Virus record (IMG/VR): IMGVR_UViG_3300016471_000965
Location: 1-58,419 of that record
Source of the DNA: a virus
Taxonomy: Duplodnaviria > Caudoviricetes
Reading direction: 5' to 3' (one strand)
Length of the DNA stretch: 58,419 nucleotides
Below, piece after piece: positions 47,861-56,136 of the stretch. Numbering within the stretch: the stretch's first letter is position 1; each line of letters begins with the position of its first letter. The notes beneath the pieces are model-generated. The model saw nothing but the letters and a program-made list of their open reading frames with translations, was not told the DNA's origin and did not search any database. The position numbers and the translations under genes were made by a program.

Positions 47861-48193
47861 ATGCGAGACTGCGTTTCATGTGGTGCACCCTTCGACCCAA
47901 ACTCGCTCGCCAAGCGCCGAGCCGGCGGACGGATCAATACTTGCCCCGATTGCAGCGATGAACCCGCTGTCAAGTACCTTGGTCTGTCCGCCGGCGACGG
48001 CAAGCAGGCCGGCGTCACCATCCTCAAGTTCGACTCTCACGAGGATCGCGAGGAATACCGCCAGGCCTGGTGGGTCAACTCCGGCATGATGGTCGGCAAG
48101 TCCTGCCAACTCGGCTTCCAGAAGCGGACCCCCAACGTCCGGTTCCAGACGGTGACCCAGTCCACGGCCACGAACCACAAGGGCCGCGCATGA
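47861..48193 (+). CDS. Zn-ribbon hypothetical protein
   Basis: CVSC...CPDC; GGAGG SD. Confidence 0.7.
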   Translation: MRDCVSCGAPFDPNSLAKRRAGGRINTCPDCSDEPAVKYLGLSAGDGKQAGVTILKFDSHEDREEYRQAWWVNSGMMVGKSCQLGFQKRTPNVRFQTVTQSTATNHKGRA

Positions 48194-48429
48194 GCCGATT
48201 CAAGACAGGTGAGCTCCTGACGCTCAAGGAGCACCTCTTCGGAACGTCCGTCTGGGCGGGCAACCTCGAGGACATCGTGGACTCGCTGGACAGCACCGAA
48301 GTGGTCACGGTGGTGCGGGCCGATGATGACTACGGTTGGACATCCATCCTCACCCAGCGCGGAAAGGTTGGATTTGTGCACCGTAACAATCTCGCTCATT
48401 CGGTGCAAAGTCGTTCCGGTACAGTATAG
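48190..48429 (+). CDS. small SH3-like protein
   Basis: FKTGELL...GKVGFV; ATGA coupling. Confidence 0.65.
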   Translation: MSRFKTGELLTLKEHLFGTSVWAGNLEDIVDSLDSTEVVTVVRADDDYGWTSILTQRGKVGFVHRNNLAHSVQSRSGTV

Positions 48430-48438
48430 GATAAGACC

Positions 48439-48570
48439 ATGAGCAAGACGACCCGAAACGGCCTCGTGCAGGCCATGAACAAGCGACACACGGCGTCTCG
48501 CCCGCACAAGGACCGGCGGGAGAAGCGTGCCACGAACCCCAAGCGGTCCTGGAAGGAGGAGCTTCGATGA
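48439..48570 (+). CDS. 43-aa basic leaderless peptide
   Basis: promoter 48403; stop overlaps next start. Confidence 0.65.
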   Translation: MSKTTRNGLVQAMNKRHTASRPHKDRREKRATNPKRSWKEELR

Positions 48571-48857
48571 GCAAGGTGAAGGGAGCAACACATACGAGGT
48601 GGAGCCACCACGACACGATGGTGGTCAACCTGAAGGACTGGGTGAAGCGGGAGATCGAGACGCTGAGGAACGACATCTCGGCGGAGGCACCGAAGCTCAG
48701 CCCGTCGACGTCAAAGCTCCTCAAGTCAGCCGAGGACATGAACACCCAACTCTTCGACCTGATCCGGTCGGTCGTCGACGTCGCCGAGGCGGAGGCAAAG
48801 AAAAAGAAGCCAAAGGAGGAGCTCGTCGAGGCACCTGATGAAGTCTTCGACGGTTGA
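48567..48857 (+). CDS. hypothetical protein
   Basis: GGAGG SD. Confidence 0.6.
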   Translation: MSKVKGATHTRWSHHDTMVVNLKDWVKREIETLRNDISAEAPKLSPSTSKLLKSAEDMNTQLFDLIRSVVDVAEAEAKKKKPKEELVEAPDEVFDG

Positions 48858-49029
48858 GGCGATCGCATTCGTGGTCGGGATGATCGGAGGAGGTCTAGCT
48901 GCCAGACCCTTCGTGAAGTCGCAGTCGACAAAACCAGTCTGGGTCCTCGAGCTGGAAGAACGGATCAAGAAGCAGGCAGAAGACCAAGACGCTCGGTGGG
49001 GTCGCACTCACCCTCCTACGGCGGAGTAA
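48838..49029 (+). CDS. small membrane-anchored protein
   Basis: N-terminal hydrophobic segment. Confidence 0.5.
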   Translation: MKSSTVEAIAFVVGMIGGGLAARPFVKSQSTKPVWVLELEERIKKQAEDQDARWGRTHPPTAE

Positions 49030-49059
49030 ACTTCGAGCAAAAGGATATAGGATAGAGAC

Positions 49060-49356
49060 ATGGACATCAAAACCGCAACACCATTCATCTTCGTGCTCCT
49101 GACGGGCTGTGCGTATCGCTACGGCGCCGGCTACTTCATCGGTCCAGAAAAGAAACAACCTGAGCCCGAGGACTACCCGATGGCGCTGCCCACCGCGGTA
49201 CCTGTGGCGTCGAGCGCTCCAAAGGAGCCCTGTGTCGAGGAGGGCGTGAAGACCACGACTCTCGAGGTGACCAACCAACTCGACAGCAAGAACCAGACGA
49301 TCAAGACCACGGCGGTGACAGAGACCCATACAACACCACCGACGCCGTGCCCCTGA
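49060..49356 (+). CDS. leaderless lipoprotein
   Basis: LLTGC lipobox; variant promoter GAGTAA-N18-TAGGAT. Confidence 0.65.
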   Translation: MDIKTATPFIFVLLTGCAYRYGAGYFIGPEKKQPEPEDYPMALPTAVPVASSAPKEPCVEEGVKTTTLEVTNQLDSKNQTIKTTAVTETHTTPPTPCP

Positions 49357-49409
49357 GTGCAACTCGTTGCACAGTGTAAAGTCCACCATGAACATGGTAC
49401 ACTGGATCC

Positions 49410-49730
49410 ATGGACTTCATCGAGCGTGAGGCGGGAACCTGGTTCTGGTACATCCGGACCCAGGAGGAGTTGGACCAGATGGCCGCGAGGGATCGAGAGT
49501 CTGGGAATGTCCTCGACGACGCCGGTGAGCCACGTCTTTATGCCAAGGTTGGGTCCAAGATGTTCAAGGAGGCCACCATCGTGGCGGTGACCCGGCGGAG
49601 GAAGGTGCCGTGGCCTCACTGGACCCGGAAGCCGAAGCACCTCGTCGAGGGTCTGGCCACTGTGGGTGGGGTTCCCCGGCTCGTGTTGATCACCGATCCA
49701 CCGTGGGTGCAAAGTTTGACTGAGAAGTGA
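49410..49730 (+). CDS. leaderless cassette ORF
   Basis: promoter 49374. Confidence 0.7.
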   Translation: MDFIEREAGTWFWYIRTQEELDQMAARDRESGNVLDDAGEPRLYAKVGSKMFKEATIVAVTRRRKVPWPHWTRKPKHLVEGLATVGGVPRLVLITDPPWVQSLTEK

Positions 49731-49742
49731 TAGGATTGGACC

Positions 49743-49925
49743 ATGGCAAAGCGGTGGTACGTCCTCGTCGATTCGGGTGAGTGTGTCTTTGTCTCGTCCC
49801 GCGCGGTGGCGATCCGGAGGCTCCAGGCCAGCAACCCATGGACGGTGGTCAACGAGACCAATGTGATGACCGAGCCTCGGGCCTACCGGTGGCTCGCGTC
49901 GGTGCAAAGTTCCCCAGCGAAGTGA
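49743..49925 (+). CDS. leaderless cassette ORF
   Basis: promoter 49707. Confidence 0.65.
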   Translation: MAKRWYVLVDSGECVFVSSRAVAIRRLQASNPWTVVNETNVMTEPRAYRWLASVQSSPAK

Positions 49926-49937
49926 TATACTAGAACC

Positions 49938-50108
49938 ATGGAAGCCAACCAGTCCGAAGTCGAGAAGCTAAATTTGAGCCACCTGTCGGTCGAGTTTCGA
50001 AAGCAACTCCTGGACGCCATGACGGAATCTCTCCGAACCGCCACCGACCCGGGTGACATCAAGGTCCTCGAGATTGGCATCGAGAACTTGAAAAAGTCTC
50101 TCGACTGA
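49938..50108 (+). CDS. leaderless cassette ORF (56 aa, not in ORF track)
   Basis: promoter 49902; MEANQSEV...KSLD*. Confidence 0.65.
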   Translation: MEANQSEVEKLNLSHLSVEFRKQLLDAMTESLRTATDPGDIKVLEIGIENLKKSLD

Positions 50109-50144
50109 GTGCAAAGTTCTACAGTGAAGTGATAGGATTGGACC

Positions 50145-50342
50145 ATGGCAAACAAACCTGAGTTTGATGAGGTCGACCTCAACCGGTTGTATGCGGCCCT
50201 GGAGTACCAACTGAACTTTGCCGGCCCTCCTCGAGCTGAAGTCCGGGCTCTCATGGAACTTCGGGACCGAATCGGAGAGATGTTGGACGGGGAAGAGGAA
50301 CCTGTTGGGAACTTCTTTTCCTCCCGTCACGGTGACTGGTGA
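50145..50342 (+). CDS. leaderless cassette ORF
   Basis: promoter 50109. Confidence 0.65.
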   Translation: MANKPEFDEVDLNRLYAALEYQLNFAGPPRAEVRALMELRDRIGEMLDGEEEPVGNFFSSRHGDW

Positions 50343-50378
50343 ATGCAAAGTCGTCCACGAACAGGATAGGATAAGACC

Positions 50379-50555
50379 ATGAAGAACGAAGCCGTCTACG
50401 AGATCGCCTACGTCACCCCCTCGGGGAAGCACGGCCGGAAGCAGGTCCCCCAGTCCCGAATCCCCAAGGTCTGCATGGACCTCCAGAGCCGAGGTTACCA
50501 CCAGATCCGGGTCTCGTTCTACCCGCTCATCCCGGGGGTCGACCCGGCCGGCTGA
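50379..50555 (+). CDS. leaderless cassette ORF (58 aa, not in ORF track)
   Basis: promoter 50343; MKNEAVY...PAG*. Confidence 0.65.
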   Translation: MKNEAVYEIAYVTPSGKHGRKQVPQSRIPKVCMDLQSRGYHQIRVSFYPLIPGVDPAG

Positions 50556-50609
50556 GAAAAAAGCTCGAATCCGGTGCAAAGTCGCTGACGAACGGGGTAT
50601 ATTAAGACC

Positions 50610-51332
50610 ATGCCGATCACCAAGACGAACTACACGAACAGCTACAACATCTCGTCCGTGGACACGCTCTTCGCGGACCGCGTCGTCCGGATCGAGCAGG
50701 TCTCCGAGGTCCGCAACTGGTCGGACACCCTCGACTACACGGACATGCGGGGTGTCACCGCCACCTACGCGCTGGTGTGGCTCGGTACCCACGGCGTCCC
50801 GCCCGCGGTGCGTCATACTCGACCCATGGCCTACCCGACTCCCTGTTCCTGGGACAAGCCCCGGGACCTCGAGTTCTTCGAGCAGTTCGCCTGGGTCGAC
50901 TGCACCAACATGTTCACGGACCGCAACGGGTACGCCCTCCAGGCCACCGTGGACGGCGAGTACGGGATGTTCGGCGAGCCCCTGATGTGGGCCAACCTCA
51001 TCGCCTGGGAGTCCCACCACAAGGCGGTGGCGGAGAAGCGGGCCGAGGAGCTCCGCATTGAGCGGGAAGCTCGTGCCGCTGCAGAGGCCGCTGTCGCCGC
51101 AAAGAAGGCGGCCGCCAAGGTCAAGCGTGATGCCAAGGAAGCTGCGGAACGATCGACTTCCGAGAAGCTCCTGGCGCGGATCCCGGCCAAGGGCACCACG
51201 GTCACGGTCGAGGGCTTCACCGGCAAGGTGTTCTGGGTGGGCGTCTCGAAGTATCGCGGCAAGTTCAACGCTCGGGCGGGCGTGAAGAACGCCAAGGGCG
51301 AGGTGCTCTGGGTCCCGGCCGAATCTTTCTGA
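50610..51332 (+). CDS. leaderless ORF with C-terminal SH3/KOW-like domain
   Basis: promoter 50574; KGTTVTV..TGKVFW...RAGVK...GEVLWV. Confidence 0.75.
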   Translation: MPITKTNYTNSYNISSVDTLFADRVVRIEQVSEVRNWSDTLDYTDMRGVTATYALVWLGTHGVPPAVRHTRPMAYPTPCSWDKPRDLEFFEQFAWVDCTNMFTDRNGYALQATVDGEYGMFGEPLMWANLIAWESHHKAVAEKRAEELRIEREARAAAEAAVAAKKAAAKVKRDAKEAAERSTSEKLLARIPAKGTTVTVEGFTGKVFWVGVSKYRGKFNARAGVKNAKGEVLWVPAESF

Positions 51333-51381
51333 CCGGGGACGGTGTACAGTCGATCCTCGATAGTGTAGGATCAACAAACAT

Positions 51382-51456
51382 TCCGGGGTAGCTCAGTGGT
51401 AGAGCGGTGCACTGTTAATGCACTGGTCGTACGTTCGATCCGTACCCCCGGAGCCA
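51382..51456 (+). tRNA. tRNA-Asn(GUU)
   Basis: loop CTGTTAA; CCA; promoter GTGTAC-N18-TAGGAT at 51342. Confidence 0.92.
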
Positions 51457-51681
51457 GTGAAACATCCGACCTTGGACCTGCACGGCGTCAGCCATGAAGA
51501 CGTACCCGATCTGGTTCACCAGTTCATCAACTCAAACTGGGTGCCGTCTGTAGAACTTCACATCGTGACCGGTCATTCAAAGAGGATGAAAGGAATTGTC
51601 CTCGAGGTGCTCGAGCTCTACGACGTTGATGTCTCGATCGGTGGACCGACGAACCAGGGATACATCAGGGTCTTGACGTAG
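51457..51681 (+). CDS. stand-alone Smr-domain protein
   Basis: TLDLHG...HIVTG...N.GYIRV; GTG abuts the tRNA CCA. Confidence 0.75.
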   Translation: MKHPTLDLHGVSHEDVPDLVHQFINSNWVPSVELHIVTGHSKRMKGIVLEVLELYDVDVSIGGPTNQGYIRVLT

Positions 51682-51760
51682 GTCGGTGCAAACTTGACAC
51701 CCAATATGGTAACCTGGTTGTAGGTGCAACCCGTTGCACTGTGGACAAAAGGAGTGATGG

Positions 51761-51880
51761 ATGCTACCCTATGGTCTTCAATTCGGTGTCTTCGTGATTA
51801 CGATGGTGATCACGATCAAGTTCGGGTTCCTGTATGGCGTTGGGGCCTACGTCCTCTATCGTCTTTTCCTCAAAGATTGA
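51761..51880 (+). CDS. 39-aa membrane peptide
   Basis: AAGGAG SD; promoter 51686. Confidence 0.5.
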   Translation: MLPYGLQFGVFVITMVITIKFGFLYGVGAYVLYRLFLKD

Positions 51881-51916
51881 GTGCAAAGTCTTTGACGAAC
51901 AAGGTATACTAAGACC

Positions 51917-52294
51917 ATGGCAACCCGCTGCTTCATCGGAATCCAAGACTCCAACGGTACCGTCCGTGGCATCTACTGCCACTCCGACGGGTACTACGAC
52001 TACACCGGCGTACGCCTCGAGGCCCACTACACCGACCCGGCCAAGATCGAGGCCCTGCTTGCTCTCGGTGACATCTCCATCCTCGGAGACGAGATCGGTG
52101 AGAAGCACGACTTCAACGACCACGAGACCCACCGGGACTGGACCAAGGCCTACCACCGTGACCGAGGAGAAGCCCTCAGCCCTAACCACGTGTACGATAG
52201 CCTCGAGGGCCTGGAACAGAACGTCCTCGAGGACCTCGGCGCCGAGTACGCCTACGTTTGGACGGGTGACCGGTGGTGGATGATCAAGCTCTGA
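51917..52294 (+). CDS. conserved phage hypothetical (MATR..IG...IYCHSDGY)
   Basis: promoter 51881; motif recalled from phage early proteins. Confidence 0.8.
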   Translation: MATRCFIGIQDSNGTVRGIYCHSDGYYDYTGVRLEAHYTDPAKIEALLALGDISILGDEIGEKHDFNDHETHRDWTKAYHRDRGEALSPNHVYDSLEGLEQNVLEDLGAEYAYVWTGDRWWMIKL

Positions 52295-52333
52295 GCGGTG
52301 CAAAGTTCACCTAGGAAAGGGTATAGTAAGACC

Positions 52334-52732
52334 ATGAGCAACGGACAGTTCAGCAGCATCAAGCCCAGCGACCTCCTCAAGTCCCGCAACCGCGACTTCG
52401 TCGCGAAGGTGGCGACCCTCTGGGACCGCCACGTGGCCCCGGAGGCGGACTACATGGAACGCAGCAACGTCATCCTCGAGGACACGGGCCACTGGCTCAA
52501 GCAGGGCGCGTGGACGGACGAGACGGGTTACTTCATCCGGCTTCGGCTCCATCCCTTGACGATGCACCAGGCGCGATCGCGGGAGGCCGCGAAGAAGGTG
52601 GTCCAGGGCTTCATCGACCTGTTCCCCGGCGAGAAGGAGGTCTTCAAGGAGGGTCACCTCGCCCTCGAGGACGGCACCACGGACACGGTCACGGTGGTGG
52701 TCCGGACGGCCACCAACATGATCGGCGACTGA
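52334..52732 (+). CDS. leaderless cassette ORF
   Basis: promoter 52298. Confidence 0.7.
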   Translation: MSNGQFSSIKPSDLLKSRNRDFVAKVATLWDRHVAPEADYMERSNVILEDTGHWLKQGAWTDETGYFIRLRLHPLTMHQARSREAAKKVVQGFIDLFPGEKEVFKEGHLALEDGTTDTVTVVVRTATNMIGD

Positions 52733-52745
52733 CCCAGGATGGGCC

Positions 52746-52818
52746 CTCGAGGGCACCGGAATAATTGGGGTGGGGTAACTAAGGCCTCACCTTTCAAAGT
52801 GATTCTGGTGCCCTCGAG
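52746..52818 (+). other. long intergenic hairpin (17-bp stem), related to 55040-55094
   Basis: CTCGAGGGCACCGGAAT / ATTCTGGTGCCCTCGAG. Confidence 0.65.
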
Positions 52819-52880
52819 TGGGCCGGAGAAAAGATCACCTGGCGGTGCAAAGTTACCGATGAACGGTGTAGGATCGATCC

Positions 52881-52979
52881 ATGGTCATCGAAAACGTCTG
52901 GCAGCTCCTCTTCGTCGTCCTCGCAGTGTACGGTGCGGCCGACCTCGGCCACAAGTTCCAGCGGTGGGTCAACTCCTGA
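52881..52979 (+). CDS. 32-aa leaderless membrane peptide
   Basis: promoter 52845. Confidence 0.6.
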   Translation: MVIENVWQLLFVVLAVYGAADLGHKFQRWVNS

Positions 52980-53020
52980 ACCCGGTGCAAAGTCGACCTC
53001 AAACAAGGTAAGATCGAATC

Positions 53021-53245
53021 ATGGACAATGTTTACCTCCTCATGTGCGGTACCGTCGGCGGGTCCACCGTCGTCCTCGGTGCCTTTGCAACCCTCTGCAC
53101 CGCCATCGAGGATGCTGCGAACATCATCGAGAAGCTCAGCACTCGCGGTGAGCGCTACGAGCTCACCGCCACGTCCTCGGTCTCCCAGCCTGAGTGGCGC
53201 GCCGGGGACTCGTACATCACCGTCGTGCCCTACGCCGTGCGGTGA
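53021..53245 (+). CDS. leaderless cassette ORF
   Basis: promoter 52985. Confidence 0.65.
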   Translation: MDNVYLLMCGTVGGSTVVLGAFATLCTAIEDAANIIEKLSTRGERYELTATSSVSQPEWRAGDSYITVVPYAVR

Positions 53246-53287
53246 TCGTCGGTGCAAAGTCGTCCACGAAAGGTGTACAGTAGAACC

Positions 53288-53440
53288 ATGGAAACGATCA
53301 AGCGGCTCAACGACAAGTTCATCACCGCGGCCTGCAAGACGGAGGCGGGCTTCCTCGCGGCCCTGTGCCTCTACGGGACCCTCGGCGGGGCATTCAGCTG
53401 CGGCGTCATCTGCAGCATCGGCTGGCTCGCCACCCACTGA
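53288..53440 (+). CDS. leaderless membrane peptide
   Basis: promoter 53252. Confidence 0.65.
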   Translation: METIKRLNDKFITAACKTEAGFLAALCLYGTLGGAFSCGVICSIGWLATH

Positions 53441-53481
53441 CCGCGGTGCAAAGTCAACCACGAACAGGATAGGATAGAACC

Positions 53482-53661
53482 ATGGACACCAACCAAACCA
53501 ACGAGCGCGCCAAGTCCTGCAACTGCTTCATCCGCCACGTCTGCACCGTGCGCCAGCGCGCCCTGGTGGAGGCCGACCTCGAATACTTCCGCAGCATCGG
53601 CGACGCGCGGGGCGCAACCCTCGCCCTCGCGGCCCTGGGGAAGTGCCCCTCCCAGCGCTGA
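53482..53661 (+). CDS. leaderless Cys-containing ORF (59 aa, not in ORF track)
   Basis: promoter 53446. Confidence 0.65.
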   Translation: MDTNQTNERAKSCNCFIRHVCTVRQRALVEADLEYFRSIGDARGATLALAALGKCPSQR

Positions 53662-53700
53662 GCGGTGCAAAGTCAACCACGAACAGGATAGGATAGAACC

Positions 53701-53907
53701 ATGGACACCAACGAGAACATCCTCTACATCACCACCACCGAGTGCGATGTCTGCCACACCCGTGGCCCGGGGCTCCTCTACCACTGCAACGGTACCCCCG
53801 TCCTCGGCGTGTGCAAGCACTGCGGTCACACCAACTTCGAGGCGGTGGCTCGCCAGGACATCGATGCCTGGCTGGCGGGTGGCAACACCTTCGCCTTCGG
53901 GCGGTGA
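53701..53907 (+). CDS. leaderless Zn-ribbon ORF
   Basis: CDVC...CKHC; promoter 53665. Confidence 0.7.
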   Translation: MDTNENILYITTTECDVCHTRGPGLLYHCNGTPVLGVCKHCGHTNFEAVARQDIDAWLAGGNTFAFGR

Positions 53908-53959
53908 AAAGCTGCACCGGGCGGTGCAAACTTCACTCAGGAAGTGATAGGATCTAATC

Positions 53960-54295
53960 ATGGCAATCACCAAGACCTACCGGACCCGAATCGCCAACCC
54001 CAACGCCCCCGAGGGCCTCCGCAACCCGGCGGTCGGCGGGGTGTACATCTTCCGTGATGACCCGACGCGGTGGATCAAGGTCACCGAGCTCGCCACCCTG
54101 GCCCGCGGCGAGGAACCCGTCACGGTGTGCACGTACGGTGGTGTGGGGAAGAGCGTCCAGACGGGTTTCGACCGCTTCATGCACGGCCTGGATGCCCGGA
54201 CGTTCACCTACCTCGCGGCCGGTAGCCCTGAGGCGAAGGAAGCGGTCCGCGACCCCAAGGCCCGGCTTCGGGACCTCCTCCTGAAGAACCGCTGA
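53960..54295 (+). CDS. leaderless cassette ORF
   Basis: promoter 53924. Confidence 0.7.
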   Translation: MAITKTYRTRIANPNAPEGLRNPAVGGVYIFRDDPTRWIKVTELATLARGEEPVTVCTYGGVGKSVQTGFDRFMHGLDARTFTYLAAGSPEAKEAVRDPKARLRDLLLKNR

Positions 54296-54337
54296 ACCTC
54301 GGTGCAAAGTTCAACCACGAAAGGGTATAGTAAGACC

Positions 54338-54532
54338 ATGAGCAATGCAACCATCAAGGTCGGGGACCTCGTCGAGGAAGCGGGCACGGACTCGGGCGTC
54401 TGGCTCGTGACGGAGCTGTACCGGAACACCCCGGGAACCGGCAAGGCGGCTCGGCTCGTCCTGCCCGGGACGCCCGGCTTCGAGACCCACGTCGCGGTCG
54501 ACCGGCTCCGCCGGGTCGGTCCCTGGCGGTGA
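54338..54532 (+). CDS. leaderless SH3-like ORF
   Basis: IKVGDLV; promoter 54302. Confidence 0.7.
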   Translation: MSNATIKVGDLVEEAGTDSGVWLVTELYRNTPGTGKAARLVLPGTPGFETHVAVDRLRRVGPWR

Positions 54533-54585
54533 GGGAAAGCTCGAACACAGTGCAAAGTTCAACCAGGAAAGGATATAGTAAGACC

Positions 54586-55020
54586 ATGGCAAACACCTCC
54601 TCTCTCAAGTCGCTCTCTGACAAGGCCCTCACCGCGCAGCTCGCCGCCGCCAAGAAGCTCGAGGCTCAGCTCCTCACCGAGCTCGACAACCGGCTCTACG
54701 CCCGGCAGCAGGTGCTCAAGGCCAAGGTCAAGGGCCTCACCGGCCTGGACCGGACGGTGGCCCTCTTCAAGCCCATCACGGCGAAGCGAGCCATGGAGAC
54801 CATCAGGTCGGTCCGCAGCCTCCTCGCGGCCGACATGGCCAAGGTGCCCAACCTCAAGTTCTACCACCTCCTCTCGCTCGACTCGACCGAGGAGCTCCGC
54901 CGGGACTTCTACACCAAGGTCCCCAAGATCTTCGCCCGGGACGCCCGCGGCAACGTCTACGAGTACAAGGAGCACAACCGCAACGGCAAGCTCCAGTTCC
55001 TCGGCCGGGTCGGGGCCTGA
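54586..55020 (+). CDS. leaderless cassette ORF
   Basis: promoter 54550. Confidence 0.7.
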   Translation: MANTSSLKSLSDKALTAQLAAAKKLEAQLLTELDNRLYARQQVLKAKVKGLTGLDRTVALFKPITAKRAMETIRSVRSLLAADMAKVPNLKFYHLLSLDSTEELRRDFYTKVPKIFARDARGNVYEYKEHNRNGKLQFLGRVGA

Positions 55021-55175
55021 CCCGCGGCCCACGGGTTGGCCCAGGTGGGTCCCTTGGAATTGCCGGTAGGGTAACCAAGGTCGACCCACCTGGGTCATTC
55101 TGGGGGCATCCTGGGTGCCGCAGGAGAGTTCACGAGCCGGTGCAAAGTTCGGCGGGGATAGGTTATACTAGAACC

Positions 55176-55340
55176 ATGGAAACCACCTGGATTAAGAACC
55201 CCGGTCACAGCTACTCTTACAAGTCGTCCTGCGGCACGAAGTTCATCGACCGTGACAGCCGTGGCTGGAAGCTCTACACCCAGGCCCTCGGCCGGTGGAC
55301 TTACTTCTCCACCCTCGAGGCGGCTCAGGCTGTCACCTGA
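55176..55340 (+). CDS. leaderless cassette ORF
   Basis: promoter 55140. Confidence 0.65.
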   Translation: METTWIKNPGHSYSYKSSCGTKFIDRDSRGWKLYTQALGRWTYFSTLEAAQAVT

Positions 55341-55392
55341 ATAAAGTTCTCGCCCAGTGCAAAGTTCGGCGGGGAAGTGATAGGATTGGATC

Positions 55393-55614
55393 ATGGACAA
55401 CGGCAAGATCTTCGTGGTGCAGCAGGGTGCGATGTCCTACTCCAACGTCGACGAGGTCACCTACGTGTTCCTCAACGAGGCGGATGCTCGGGTCAAGTAC
55501 GCGTACCTCCTCGAGAACCGGGTCGTCGACTGCGACCCTTACGACGCGGTCTGGACTGCTCTCCACGCGGTGACCCCCGGCGACGAGGTCAACGGGGACA
55601 ACAAGATCGCCTGA
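55393..55614 (+). CDS. leaderless cassette ORF
   Basis: promoter 55357. Confidence 0.7.
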   Translation: MDNGKIFVVQQGAMSYSNVDEVTYVFLNEADARVKYAYLLENRVVDCDPYDAVWTALHAVTPGDEVNGDNKIA

Positions 55615-55654
55615 TCGCGGTGCAAAGTTCAACGGGGAAAGGATAGTATAAACC

Positions 55655-55852
55655 ATGCCGACCAAGAAGACCGCACCCAAAGTCAAGCCCATCCACACGC
55701 TCACGATCGGTGAGTACATCGACCACGTCCTCACCAACAAGGCCTACAACGGTGACTTCGGCGGGGTGGGTTGCCTCCGCCCGGCCGACGTGGCCTCGGC
55801 GGCACTGAAAGAGTACCTCACCATCAACGACACCGTTCGCTTCCTCCGCTGA
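55655..55852 (+). CDS. leaderless cassette ORF
   Basis: promoter 55620. Confidence 0.65.
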   Translation: MPTKKTAPKVKPIHTLTIGEYIDHVLTNKAYNGDFGGVGCLRPADVASAALKEYLTINDTVRFLR

Positions 55853-55893
55853 TCGCGGTGCAAAGTTCAACCTCGAAAGGGTATAGTAAGACC

Positions 55894-56097
55894 ATGCAGA
55901 ACGACACCAGCAACTACTTCGCCCAGCAGCGCAACGCCCGTCTCGCCACCGAGGTGGTCCGGGCCTCCCTCGCACAGACGTTCATGGCCAAGCTCATCGC
56001 CCGCACGGTGGTGGTCGGGATTGCCACCACCCTCTTCCTCGCGGCCTCCCCCACGGCCGGCTTCATCGCCCTGGCGGTCGGCATCTTCATCCTCTGA
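55894..56097 (+). CDS. leaderless membrane protein
   Basis: promoter 55858; two hydrophobic segments. Confidence 0.65.
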   Translation: MQNDTSNYFAQQRNARLATEVVRASLAQTFMAKLIARTVVVGIATTLFLAASPTAGFIALAVGIFIL

Positions 56098-56136
56098 GCG
56101 GTGCAAAGTTCACAGCAGAAAAGGTATACTAAGATC

